Source: Neoechinorhynchus agilis (taxonomy: Eukaryota > Animalia > Acanthocephala). Taken from it: DNA of 64,000 bases. The translations under genes were made by a program, and so were the position numbers. Positions within the stretch are counted from its first letter, which is position 1. Every line of letters starts with the position of its first letter. The notes beneath the pieces are model-generated. The model saw only the letters and a program-made list of their open reading frames with translations, was not told the DNA's origin and did no database searches. Positions 48,638-61,452 of this stretch are shown piece by piece. The stretch is taken from assembly GCA_051530055.1 (NCBI GenBank), contig CM121343.1:6232389-6296388 (forward strand). The letters are read 5' to 3'.

Positions 48638-51600
48638 ATGATCGTCGATAATGGTGAATGGTTCAGTCAACAATCGCCAGTTGATAAATCCACTATTGTT
48701 GACCCATTTATCATTAATTCACGTCATATGAGAAGCCTCGAGACGCAAAGGACGCTATTTGACAGTGGTGGTAAACTTAATGACCACCCGCAACAACAAC
48801 AACAATCAAAATGTTTGTATTATCGGCGACCCAACCGGTGTTCATCATTTGAAGCGCGTCATATCGCTTTCCATCGCTAGTCCGTTCCCAATAAAGGACG
48901 ACAGACTTCGGCAAATTAAAATGCAGACGGCGAATGATTGGCGTTGGCTAAATGTTTAATTGAATCGTCTGGAGAGCGACGTCCTATCAACAGTACTGAA
49001 GACGTTCCCTTGTACACAGCAAGCGACCGGGAGACTAGCCGAGCCCACCAACACCTCTGTCTTTTCTGTAACTTATTTTACGTGACTGAGGTACTGGTAG
49101 TGGTAGTGGTGGTGGTGGTGATAGACCAAATGTCTGGAGAAGTTCTCATATTAAGAGGGTGCCGCCAGTTCCTGACGACGGCGGTGGTGGTAGTGGTGGT
49201 GATCGGTAGCACCAGTGTGCAGCAGAGAAAATGGTCGACAGTGGTGGTGGTGGCGGCGGCGGCGGGTGGCCAGACTGCTGCTTCTGTGGCCGTATATGTG
49301 CTGCTGCTTCCGACTGACGGCGTCGCCAGTGAGGAGCAGCAGCACCACCACGAGAGCGAGTAGTTTTAGAGCGCTCTCATCTAGCTATTTTTACATATAG
49401 AAGACAATCATCAGCCACACGCACATAGAGCGGCGAGAGACGATGGACTCTAGGAGTTGAGATACAAATGACCTAACCACAACACCACTGTTTGCTTCCT
49501 TAAAACCATCACCCCCCTCAATCCCTTACGCTGGAAACTTACCTCTTCAGAGGATCCAAAACAACCTCTGTCCGCCGCTACACGCACATTTGTCCGGCCT
49601 TGCTTTTGGCGAAACCCCTTTTTAAAACCACCTTCCTGGCTACCCAAGGTTCTCCGCCACAACACGTATATGTGTTCAATAAAAAGAGAGAATATCTTCA
49701 ATTCGTCAGCAGGATTCACGCCGATCTTCGAATGAGGAACCTACCACCGTCATCGTCGATTCCCACACCTAAAGGTAAAAACGACTCCTGCACCGCGCGC
49801 CGCCCCCATCCGCCTCAACACAACCATTGATTGATACTGGTCGAAATACGTTTGAGCTGATATATCTACTCGTTTATCCTCCTGGTGTTTAAGGGCGTCG
49901 TTGTGCGTTCTCCTTGCAGTGACGGCTGACGCGAGGGGTGGGTGAGATCATGCACAATGGGTTTCTTTATCCAGAAACTGCGATGACAGAAAGCGAATAG
50001 ATGGAGCAAGTGATGAGCTAACTTGCCGTCTGTCTTCTTACCTTGGTGAGTGTCTCATTCACTCCCTATGATCACGCTAAATCAAGTGAAAGTGGTTCAA
50101 ACAACCAGGTGAGAGGAAGGCGCGAAAGTTAAAAACTATGAAAGCAAAGGAGCGTGAGTAAAGTTTCAATTTGACTTACTCCTGGTCCGATCGAAGATCG
50201 CAGTTTTCCTGCTGCTGTCAACGTGGCGGTTTTTCGTTCAATTCCTACTAAGAATCACATTTTCTTTTGAAAACAATCCTTAGAAACTACGACTGCTAAA
50301 GATTACTGCTGATGACACTGATTGGGTCTCCGAGAGGGTGGAAAATCATTGACTTCTTGTACCATCGTTATAGGCACAAGCCCCAGTAGTACCATCACGA
50401 CAAATGCAGATTGGAGCACTCCTGATATGAATAATCTACTTTTCCGGCCAAATGTCACGCCGGCACATCATGGCCGATTTGGAATGGGATCGAACGTTGA
50501 ACGCTTAACCACGGGATCAATGGAGCAAATAAATCCACTCGTCGCTCGACTACCAGTACAAGCGCCGAGACATCATCTACAACAAATAAGTTGCTCTAGT
50601 GGTGGCCAACCATTCGCTTCTACTACAGTATCTTCAGCCAATAAAAGTGGATTGAAGATCGTCGATACTGTGACTACGAAGCCAAATGTTAGCTCGGACG
50701 TTACCGGTATCAAATTTCCATTTTAATTTGATAATATTATTTCTCGTCCCTCCAATCTTCTATAGATCCAAACGTTCATCATTCTTCGTCACAGAACAAT
50801 GCCGATGTTACTTCATCAAATGGCGGAGAAGATGCTAAAGACATAAAATGTGAGATAAACACCGACTGCCGCTTAGTAACCGATTAGAGCGTTCTTTTTT
50901 CTATATAGTTAGCAACTACATGGGAATCCAACCAGAAGTTTCGTACGAGGTTAGGCTTGGTCTCAATGAACATTGTCCTGTTTGTGGCGATACGGTCAGT
51001 GGTTTCCATTACGGATTGTTGACTTGTGAGAGCTGCAAAGGTAAGCCAATATGAGATTGCTGCTGGAGCACCTTGTATCTCTGGGTACACTTAGGATTCT
51101 TCAAGCGGACTGTTCAGAATAAGAAGACCTATCAGTGCCATGAAGGACAACATTGTTTTATCGACAAGGTTTTGCGGAAACGCTGTGCATATTGCAGGTT
51201 CCAAAAATGTCTTGCGGTTGGGATGAAGCTTGAGGGTGAGTCTAAGAAGAACAAGAGTGTTTCATGAAGGTCACGACGAGGTTGTCTTCAAGACTTGCCT
51301 TCTACTGACGGCGAGACAAACATTCTTCTTCGAAGAAGCTGGCTTTCTCACAACTTAGGTCGTCTTCAATAGGAAGAAGTAAGCGGGTTTTAAAAATACA
51401 CACACATATATATAAGTTTGGCTCGCGCCCGCCCGCGATCAATCCACAGGCGAGAATCGATAATAGTCGGCTCCGACAAAGGCTAAATGCATCCCTCAGG
51501 AGCCATTATTAGTTATATAGCAACAGGACTCATCCTTTCGTAGTTCTGGTTTCGTCATCCGCGCCATCGATATTGTTGCTACCAACAGCGCCACGAGCAC

Positions 51601-53571
51601 CCTCCGAGTGCACTAAGACGCTGGCGTCTCTCTGCGTAGTGGCATCGGGAACCATGCATGCGTCAATTAAGCCACATCACAAGCCCGATCACTCTCTTTA
51701 CTCTCCTTTCTCTCACATTTCAGCTGTCCGTGAAAACCGAGTCAGGGGCGGTAGGAACAAATTCGGCCCTCTATATCGAAAATCACGTGCTCTCAGAGAA
51801 CAGTTTATGAGAACTAGAATTCCTTCGCAACAGCAGAACCGACCGGGTTCACATCTCCAATCTGGACCATCAGGTACGCTTTTTTTCTATATATAAAGAA
51901 TCTTCGAAAACAACACTAATCAGCTGATGCAGCTGCTGGTCTTGCCAGCGAAGGTGGAATGTCCAGTACTTCCGTCCAAAATAACATCAATACCACTGCT
52001 TCCAGTAGCGGCGGCGGCGGTGGTGGTGCCGTATGTGGAATGCCGACAGTATTTTCAGCTGCCTTAATGGGCACGGGGAACACTAATCGCACAAATGGTC
52101 AACAGAGTGGTCACATTGGAGCTTCTCAGCATGCGTTCAATGCAACGGCTTCCGGTATTCTTTCCCATTCGCTCTACCACGGCGCCATGGGTGGATGCAC
52201 GCCATGTTCATCGATACAACCGATGGGGGCACGGGCAGTCTATGGCGCAGACAACAAATTAACGCTGTCGACGACGACCCAGTGTATGCCATCTCAGCGA
52301 AACCCGGAAGCCATCGATATGGCGTCTGTTGCCACTGCAGATCATGCATCGACCAAGTTTCTACCTTTTCCTTTTATACCGGAAACTGTCAACGACTCAC
52401 ACTCGCTGAATGCCTTGTTTGATGTGCAGTCAGCTTTGTCAATCGTGTATCAAAGGGAGATTCCGTCATGTTTGTTCGAAATTATTCAGGGAGAGATGGA
52501 TAAAAAGGTTACACGGCTCTTTTATTATGTCGATCGGCTTTAACGTGTGTGTGTGTGGATGATAGGTCGGCGAAATCAGTAACATGGAATTCGTAAAGAA
52601 TTATAAGCTTGAGACGGATCAGAGGAACATTTGCGTCAGCATTGCATCACTCCTTGATAAGTGGTGTTTCCTTCAAGTGGACTGGGCTCGGTCGTCCGTT
52701 TACTTTAAGGACATGCATGTAAGTCTTTCCTGCAGAGTGTCTAGTGTGCGTTCTGCCCATTTCTTCATAGATCGATGACAGAATAGCTTTGTTGAGATGT
52801 AGCTGGCTGGAACTTATACTTCTTGATCTCTTATGGATTCAATCTTGCTCAAAAGATAGCTCACATCTAGGCGAAGAACAATTAAAAATGGTACGTAGCA
52901 TAATGTCCGTTAAATCTTCTATGCCATGATAGCCAAGTGGCCAAATAATTGACATGAAAGATACTCCGTTCTATAAAAAGTTGAACGACATGTCCGAATT
53001 ATTCGAGTGCATCAAAAGTCTTCAAGAACTTAAATGGGATTTTGTTGATTATGTCACCCTGAAGTATTTCGCCGTCTTCGATATTGGTAATTTTGCTTTC
53101 CTACAATGATTCAACTCAATCTCGTATAAAAAATTAGACACTAGTGGTATAGAAGACTGTCTATTCACTGAAAGGACACTAGAAGTTATTTTCAGAGGTC
53201 TCCATATTTACCATGAGAAGTATTATCCGGATGTAAAGGACAAGATGGAGCGACTTATAACCAGCGTGTCCAATCTAAGACTTTTTGCATCAGTTGTAAA
53301 ACGGAATATTGTACAAGCATTCGGTAGCAGCAATTCTATGTCTGGAGCGCTGAAAGGCACTCTCGTAAAGGAGATGCTGGTTCCAACCAAACCAAAAACT
53401 CAGAAAGTCGACTCAATGAGCGTCGTCGATTCAACAGCAACAACGACTAATATAAGGCGAATGCAACAACAGCAGCAGCAGAGGCAACAATGCCCATCAC
53501 AACCACGGGGTCTACCAATCGTCGAGGATGCTGGCGATACAGCAGGATCTGATGATGTACCTACATCCTAA
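48638..53571 (+). CDS. ftz-f1: Nuclear receptor FTZ-F1/NR5A
   Basis: [26 protein letters not shown]|[10 protein letters not shown]...[21 protein letters not shown]1 box [28 protein letters not shown]...LLRCSWLEL and AF-2 LVKEML. The 5' exons (48638-48836, 49710-49774, from 50373) are phase-compatible but uncertain. Confidence 0.9.
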
Positions 53572-53862
53572 CAAAAATAATCGTCCCTATCTGTTCACAA
53601 GAGCGGCGCTTGCTGTCGTCGTAATGAATGGCGAGTGGCCGGCACAGAGGAACCATGCGGGCTATTAACACGCTAGTGTATGTGTCCGAGTGACGGGTGG
53701 TGATCAGGTTGGCGCACACGCACACGATGAACACTCGGACGTTTAAATTTAATCTCGTTTATGCGGAAAATGCAGGCAACCACCTATCAGTGTTCATATC
53801 ACTCATTTTTACAACTTAATTGTGTTTTGAGTTGTGTTGACGCACGCACGCACGCGCTGGAG

Positions 53863-56684
53863 TCAAAAGCGGTGATATTTGAGTCCATCATTAGAAGAAG
53901 GGTTGCTACCACCTGATTTTTTATCATCCACCACCGCCGCCGCCGCCCCAATGCCACGTCCAAGCTTCTTTTCACTCGACGCCAACGACGTACGTAAGGG
54001 ATTTACAAAGTATCCATTTTCAAGTGTTATTTTGGATCCGGCTTCTACACTCAATCTTGAAACGTTGTCATATATCGATGAGGACCGAGAGATAGTATTT
54101 CCGATGGGGATATCTTCGGTGAAACTCGTGCTCACGATGGAAGTAATTCTTTTTTGATCCTCACCGATTCCGAGGTCTCCATTTAAGCTAATCTCACTTC
54201 CACCAAACGCGTGTAACCCAACCACCGACGTGTCTCTACTCATATCATCATCTATGAACATCTCTGTAGATGAATCGTCGTCATCGTTGTTATTATTGCT
54301 AAAATCATCGCCTCTGCTGTTCGTTTTCAATTTGTTATTATTGGCCACGAACGCATTCGCATTCCGTAATGTAACCGTCGCGAGTGCCGTAATTGTTGAA
54401 GGCGTCTGTGGACGTGCCGTATCCGGTAAGAGCTTATGCCGCCGGAGTTTACTCAGTGCCCGTTGGAGCTTCTGAATGGTTATGTCCTCTTTGACTCCAC
54501 AAAATGAAGCGGATAAATGTGTACTGATAAACTCAAGAAAACGATCGATGGACCTCATTTGCAGAATTCGTTCTAGCAACAACAACAATGAAAAAGGTAA
54601 TCAGAAAAAACAACAACTTACTTTCATGAATGCGCATTATGTTATAAGCCATCGCCAGCAGGACGTGGTCACCCCGTGCCAGAAAAACATCCCATACTCG
54701 AAGTGTCAATGAAAATGGCAGCTAGGTTTTTTCAAAATTAATAGAAATGTAATGATTTAACCTTTTTTCTTCTTCAAAGAATACTAACCGCGTCAATGTA
54801 ACAGTTTATGAGCCATTTGAAAAGGTACATTGTACTTGAAACTGCTAATGTATCCTACAACTAAGATTTGACGAAGAGTTACGTTTAAAGCGCATTTGTG
54901 ATCGATTCACAATCGCGAAAGCACTGAGAATGCCATTTAAAAGTCAAGTCGCATTGGGATATGATCACGATTTGGTAAAAATAGCCCATGTCCATCGAGA
55001 GAAATGGGAAAAATAGAACAACGACTTAAAATGTTTGTTTATGGCCTTGAAAATTTGAAGGAGTAGGCACAATCTTGCGCCTTTATCCTGAAACTCTTTC
55101 AATTTTTCAAAGCCATAAACAAACCGCCCGAAACGTCGATATTGTCCGAATCCTCAATTTAAGAGAATCAGGTCCTAAAATAATTTCAAGATCAATAAGC
55201 TTGTGTGTAATTTTAGATCTACTTTTTATTTTATAGAAAAGAATTTTTAAGAAATCCACGACTAATAAGATCAAAGATTTGAAAATACAGTCGAACTTCA
55301 ATTATCCGGATATATTTTTGTCATCTGCGACTTCCCGCTGGAATTTAACGAACAAATCACATTGGGTTTTCGGTTACAACGAGGCAGCTAACGTGATAGC
55401 GACAGCCGAGGAAAGAGAGAAGCTCCAATCTTGCGGACGGTGGTTTGTAAAACCTAGAAAAGTTTAAAAAGCAACTCTCGTATCCGAAAATAGTCCTGGA
55501 CAAACGACGTTATTTTCGTTCGAGAGTTCTGGTGATCATAATCCCTGCTACAAGATATTTTATTGATTATCCGGGACTGTGATCACCGCAACTCCAATTG
55601 GTTGTGTTCATCATAGAATTCAAAAATCACCCAATATCTTACCAATCTTCTTTTAACTTTCGGAAGAAGCCTTCTTAGTATGGTGTTGAAGCTTTGCTCG
55701 AATTCGCCAAATTTCGGGAAATTCCTGAGAAAAAATCTTTCAAGTGAATATTGTGGAGCTGACATTAACTGCGTCAAACCCCAGAAAGCATCCTAGAATT
55801 TAATTATTTTTTAAGACAAAAAGCAAACTCAAATTACCTCTTCTGCTTCAAAATACATAACCAAAAGAGCGGCTATATTATTCATTCCTTGACAATATCC
55901 CAGATTTCGATTAAATACGGAATAAGTAATAAGCACATGAAAAAGCATTTGTTGTCTAGGTATTTTATTGTCAAATAAGACAGTATTCCATCACTACGAA
56001 TCTAACCTAAAATTATATCTTTCTCTGAAATAAACATTTTCTCTGAAAGTTCGATTGACGTCTAAATCAATCTGTCGAATATCGACTGATTCCTTTCTTG
56101 CCTTATCGCGAATAAACTACGTAATCAGAGACTTAATCTGGAAGAATCACGCTTCGGACATACGGCGTAGTAACCGACCACGCTGTGTTCAGTGTCGTGT
56201 TTGTGTTTGAGTGCATCGACCATTAATAATTTGCGCCATACTTTTGATCTGAGGCTATCGGGAATTCCTTTAAAAATCCTAAGAATAAACTAAAAACACG
56301 CAGTTAAAGTTTGTTCATTAGGCGGAACGCGATTGAACCTTTTCAGAGCGTAAAGATCTATCCCAGTTACGCAACATTCTACTCCATTTCATCTCCCGTC
56401 GTCTTGCCTTGTCTTTGATTGCATCATCATCGGAAGATTGATAATCGGTGGTGACCGGAACAGTAGTCGCGGAATCTTTGGTCCGCAGGTTGCCGTTGAT
56501 CAAAAATCCATAGCGATCAATTCGTTGAAGATCCAGACTCGGTAAAGCAATAGACTGACTAATCGACGAATCCGCTGACGAACCCTTAAACTAACAAATC
56601 ACCAGTCCGGTCTCAACCTATTAATCTTACTCTGTCGTATCTCGCGACTATATCCAAGCTTTCGTTCTTGATACCGCTTTTCAT
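53863..56684 (-). CDS. USP6NL: TBC-domain Rab GAP, USP6NL/RN-tre-like
   Basis: IVARYDR|G, IDRYGFL, EMKWSRML, GIPDSLRSKVW, IRQIDLDVNRTFR, LGYCQGM, DAFW, LPFSLTLRVWDVFL. Low-complexity C-terminus. Confidence 0.9.
55523..55595. mobile_element. Short fold-back retaining only family B outer ends, in a USP6NL intron
   Basis: GAGTTCTGGTGATCATAATCCC...TTATCCGGGACTGTGATCACCGCAACTC. Matches the termini at 24899 and 45268-45288. Confidence 0.65.
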
Positions 56685-58228
56685 GTTCTTCCTTCGATCG
56701 ATGAAGGATTCTAGACGGAGACAAACATAAAGAAATCATCCATCACACCTTCGACTAACACCCGCGCTCGCTCGCTCGCGAATGGATTAATCATTTTGCC
56801 GCCGCCGCCGCCGCCGTATGCGTGCACGTCTATGGCGGCGGCGGCCGCCACGTAGGCAGCAGACACGACGAAACCCGAATAGAATTGCAAAATCTATTTT
56901 GTATAAACGCTAAGCTTTTGCGTCTTCACGGTGCAAAGTACATAAAAAAACCCAGGATCAATGTGTGTGCCATACACGCACAAAGGAGTTACTGTAGCGA
57001 TGACGTATTACACTTAATACGGAAGAATCCACTGAGATTCCATGAGTGAAAAGGAATTTAATGACGTCAGTACGGACGTATTTGGGCTAAATTTCGGTGG
57101 TTTGTGGAGTGAGACGTGGGATGTTAAGGCTTTATCCACAACGGTGAGGGACACCGCGTAAATGTTTATTAAAAGTTAGACGTGCACTACTAGTGACTCA
57201 TTAAGAAAAATCAACACTTTGTTCAACTAAAACTGTTTTGTCTCGGTTCTTTTGAATTATCACTTAATATCCGGTAGTCGAGATGATTTTGCTGAATGGA
57301 ATCTCTTTTAGTCTAAATACCTCTTCCACAATTAATGAATTCACCTAAATTTGACACATTTAATTTTAGGTTTCTGTGTTCACGACTGCTTTCTACACAC
57401 AAATGAATTGTCGTGCTTTAACTCCCTTCCAGGTTCCAATGGTATAAAACTTTCAACCGTCTCGTTCTTTTTGTTAGTCCAATTTGCAACGGTGAAGAGC
57501 ACGATCGATTTTGTAATAACATTCAATTGCCAGCTATGACATTCGTACCCTTGAATTTTTGTTGTTATAACGCCTTGAAGCATCTTATCCTTTTTGTAAA
57601 GGTAATCTAATGATTTATTTTAAAGGCTTCTAAATGGAGAAGCCGTCGTTGTTCTATAATGCGAGTAGAATGGCTGTTAACCATGAAGTTCACTTCGCCG
57701 CAATATTCGAGAACATTTGGGAAAATTTCGTCTGATAAAAGTGAGGATATTTTTGAAAAAAACACGTTTGAATTAATTACTTTTTCCGTATTACACATGA
57801 GAGCTTTTTATTTACCTCTAAGGTTTGCTCAGTTGATGGATACGAAAAACGACTTTCACTGAGATTTGTTGTCAGTTGCCTCGATATGGCCGGCCGCTTG
57901 CAACTAAAGAACTTATGGAGTCAAGTCGTCATCCACTTTAATTGATTTTGTAAATTCCTGTAAATCCTGCATCTTGGCATCTATGGCGACGACGATCATG
58001 TAATTGGAATCATCGTGTCGAGATGGACAAAAGAGAAACTCTGAGTACTGGGTTTCCCCCGAACAAATTAATAACTAGATTTCCAACAAAGAACGTTTTC
58101 TGGGGAAATTATGCCCTTATCCAGCATTTGGCAATTCTCTGCAATCTCGTAGTTTGCTTATCCACTTTGGCAAGAACGAATACTGGCCTTTAGAATTAAT
58201 TAATATTTGTTAACATTCAATTGGTACC

Positions 58229-59620
58229 GATGACGCACAACCAAAGAGGATGCAATTCGGCGGAATTGAAGAAACTCAGTGATGAATTCGGTCGCCTCGG
58301 GAGGTATCTGAGGAGACCAAAGGATTCACAACGGCATGGTTCAGGGTATTTATCGTTTCCCTTCCTAAAGTCGATCGACTTTGTACTCAAATAAAACCGT
58401 ATATTGATAACTTCATTTACACTTGATAAACGCAACAGCCTAAGCCACGTACACGCCAGAGGAAAATCAAAAGCTGATTCGTGGCAAAAGTGGCGAAGTT
58501 TGTACATTCCGTAGTTGTGCCGAGATGGACAAGAGTTCTTAATCCACGCTCGAGGGTTAGAATCCGTTACCGTCGATGACGCACAACCAAAGAGGGTGCA
58601 ATTCGGCGGAATTGAAGAAACTCAGTGATGAATTCGGTCGCCTCGGGAGGTATCTGAGGAGACCAAAGGATTCACAACGGCATGGTTCAGGGTATTTATC
58701 GTTTCCCTTCCTAAAGTCGATCGACTTTGTACTCAAATAAAACCGTATATTGATAACTTCATTTACACTTGATAAACGCAACAGCCTAAGCCACGTACAC
58801 GCCAGAGGAAAATCAAAAGCTGATTCGTGGCAAAAGTGGCGAAGTTTGTACATTCCGTAGTTGTGCCGAGATGGACAAGAGTTCTTAATCCACGCTCGAG
58901 GGTTAGAATCCGTTACCGTCGATGACGCACAACCAAAGAGGATGCAATTCGGCGGAATTGAAGAAACTCAGTGATGAATTCGGTCGCCTCGGGAGGTATC
59001 TGAGGAGACCAAAGGATTCACAACGGCATGGTTCAGGGTATTTATCGTTTCCCTTCCTAAAGTCGATCGACTTTGTACTCAAATAAAACCGTATATTGAT
59101 AACTTCATTTACACTTGATAAACGCAACAGCCTAAGCTACGTACACGCCAGAGGAAAATCAAAAGCGATTCGTGGCAAAAGTGGCGAAGTTTGTACATTC
59201 CGTAGTTGTGCCGAGATGGACAAGAGTTCTTAATCCACGCTCGAGGGTTAGAATCCGTTACCGTCGATGACCACAACCAAAGAGGTGCAATTCGGCGGAA
59301 TTGAAGAAACTCAGTGATGAATCCGGTCGCCTCGGGAGGTATCTGAGGAGACCAAAGGATTCACAACGGCATGGTTCAGGGTATTTATCGTTTCCCTTCC
59401 TAAAGTCGATCGACTTTGTACTCAAATAAAACCGTATATTGATAACTTCATTTACACTTGATAAACGCAACAGCCAAAGCTACGTACACGCCAGAGGAAA
59501 ATCAAAAGCTGACTCTTGGCAAAAGTGGCGAAGTTTGTACATTCCGTAATTGTGCCGAGGTGGACAATAGTTCTTAATCCACGCTCGAGGGTTAGAATCC
59601 GTTACCGTCGATGACGCACA
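58229..59620. repeat. Tandem array, about 346 bp unit, 4 copies
   Basis: The unit start GATGAC recurs at 58229, 58575, 58921, 59266 and 59610. Confidence 0.97.
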
Positions 59621-60286
59621 ATTCGAATCTATTCAATTCGAATCTGTTATTCTGATCATGCTGCGTCATTATTGAATTTAACTGTCCGCAAGGATAGTTC
59701 TTTCGTGCTTGTTTTGCGACGTATTCAGAGTCAGAAATTATTGTGCCGTCCATAGTTTTCAACTTTGTGCACTTTGGAGCGGGGATTGGTGGGCCATGGG
59801 ATATTCAGCGCTGACACCGATACGATAAATCGGTTGGCGTATTGGATTTTCGAGAAGGGCCTTCGTTCTGCGGCTTTCTTCCGCAAGAATATGAGCATTT
59901 CAATCGAGCAGGAAAATGATGCCAGCATAATGGGTTGGCTGGAGCTTTGATTTGAGTGTATTTAATAATTTGAATTTAAGAAAATGTTTCGATTTTAAAT
60001 TTTATTTAGTAGAATTGCTTCTTTCACTCGACCTTGAAAGCGATTTTTATTAGGATTGACCTATGAATCCTTAGATTTGTGAATAGGTTCGCACTGATAG
60101 CAAGAACGAACGAGTCGAAAGCGATTATCGATCACAAAAGTGGTACCAATAATAGAAAATATCAATATTTGAGATTTCACGCTCTCTTTGCATCGATGAT
60201 TTTTTCTACTTTTCGTGAAATTCTCCGTAGTTTTAACTTTCGTTCTAAAACTCTTTTATGTTTCAAGATTGAATTGTTCATAAAGT

Positions 60287-60506
60287 GGTTGTTTTATGGC
60301 GGAGAAATTAAAATGATTTTACTTTTTAAAATCTGATTGGTTTCGTAGGCACAATCTTGTGCGTCTTCTGATCAAGATTGCTTGTGAACTCACATATTTA
60401 AAAATTTACAAGCAATCTTGATCAGAAGGCGTACAAGATTGTGCCTCCGAAACCAATCAGATTTTAAAAAGTAAAATCATTTTAATTTCTCCGCCAGAAA
60501 ACAACC
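60287..60506. mobile_element. Long fold-back element (family D), arms of about 105 bp
   Basis: GGTTGTTTT..GGCGGAGAAATTAAAATGATTTTACTTTTTAAAATCTGATTGGTTTCG.AGGCACAATCTTG is mirrored on the right. A partial relative GTAGGCACAATCTTG lies at about 55064. Confidence 0.88.
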
Positions 60507-61452
60507 AAAACTCTTTTATCTTTGTTGCCGATTCCCGTTGTATAAAACTTCTTATAAAATAAGTTTTTCTCTTAGAATCTCCTGTATTTTGTATCAAGCG
60601 GCCACGAATTTCTTTGCATATTTTTGGCAGAATTACCAACCGTTTTTGTTTCTCAATTGCGGTCATTGCAGCTCTTGAACCCAAGGCTGCGTCGCTTTGG
60701 TTGCTATCTCAGATTATTCATTTTCCCTCGCGTTAGGGGAATATCGTTTGATTGAACCTCATAGGTGGTTCGGCTCGAAAATGTTTGGACGTGTATCGAA
60801 GTCAGGGCTCTCCTGATGATGGCATTCTAATGGGTGGCTCAGCCGGTAACACAAAACCAAAGGGGACGAAATACCTTGTTGAATTGAGGAAACTCACTGA
60901 TGAGTCTCGCCTCCTCTAAAAGTATCTGAGAATCCACAGGGATGCTAACAAACTCGTATACCGTACCGTCTTGGGCATCGAGCGCAGACCAACACTTACC
61001 CTGTCTGTGTCCATTCGACCGTGATTGGAAAAGAATAATCTTAAACAAATCTCCTGATGATGGTTTTAATTCTGTGTCTCACCAGTCTGATTTCTTACAT
61101 ACCAAGCCGTGTCGACCTGACTCGTCCACATTGGAACCAATCCGACACTGGCGTGGTAGAAAACAAATCGGGATAACACAGCATCAATAATAAGTAAATT
61201 TTGTTTATTTATCATAGCTGATTCTAATTTTTTTTATGTATTATAATTTCTAAATATCCAATTATGCAGTAGATTGATCGCTATGATTTATAAAATGATT
61301 TTCAAGATGATTCAACACTTTAAACGTTTTAATCAGCTACTTTTTAAACATGTCTGAAGTAACGTTCTTAATTTGCGCCTTTTTGTTGACTTTTACTTCC
61401 ACATTAAAGACGTTTAAAATTCTTATCTGCGCTTAACGCAACAAATTTTTAG

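Noticed and set aside
50309-50350. CTGATGA-CAC...GTG-GAAA
   Set aside because: No stem I, G at position 17 and no repeat context.
58217-59470. Repeated 96-98 aa minus-strand ORF as a real multicopy gene
   Set aside because: Selection signal in homologues lies on the plus strand, later copies have indels, and there is no recognisable domain.
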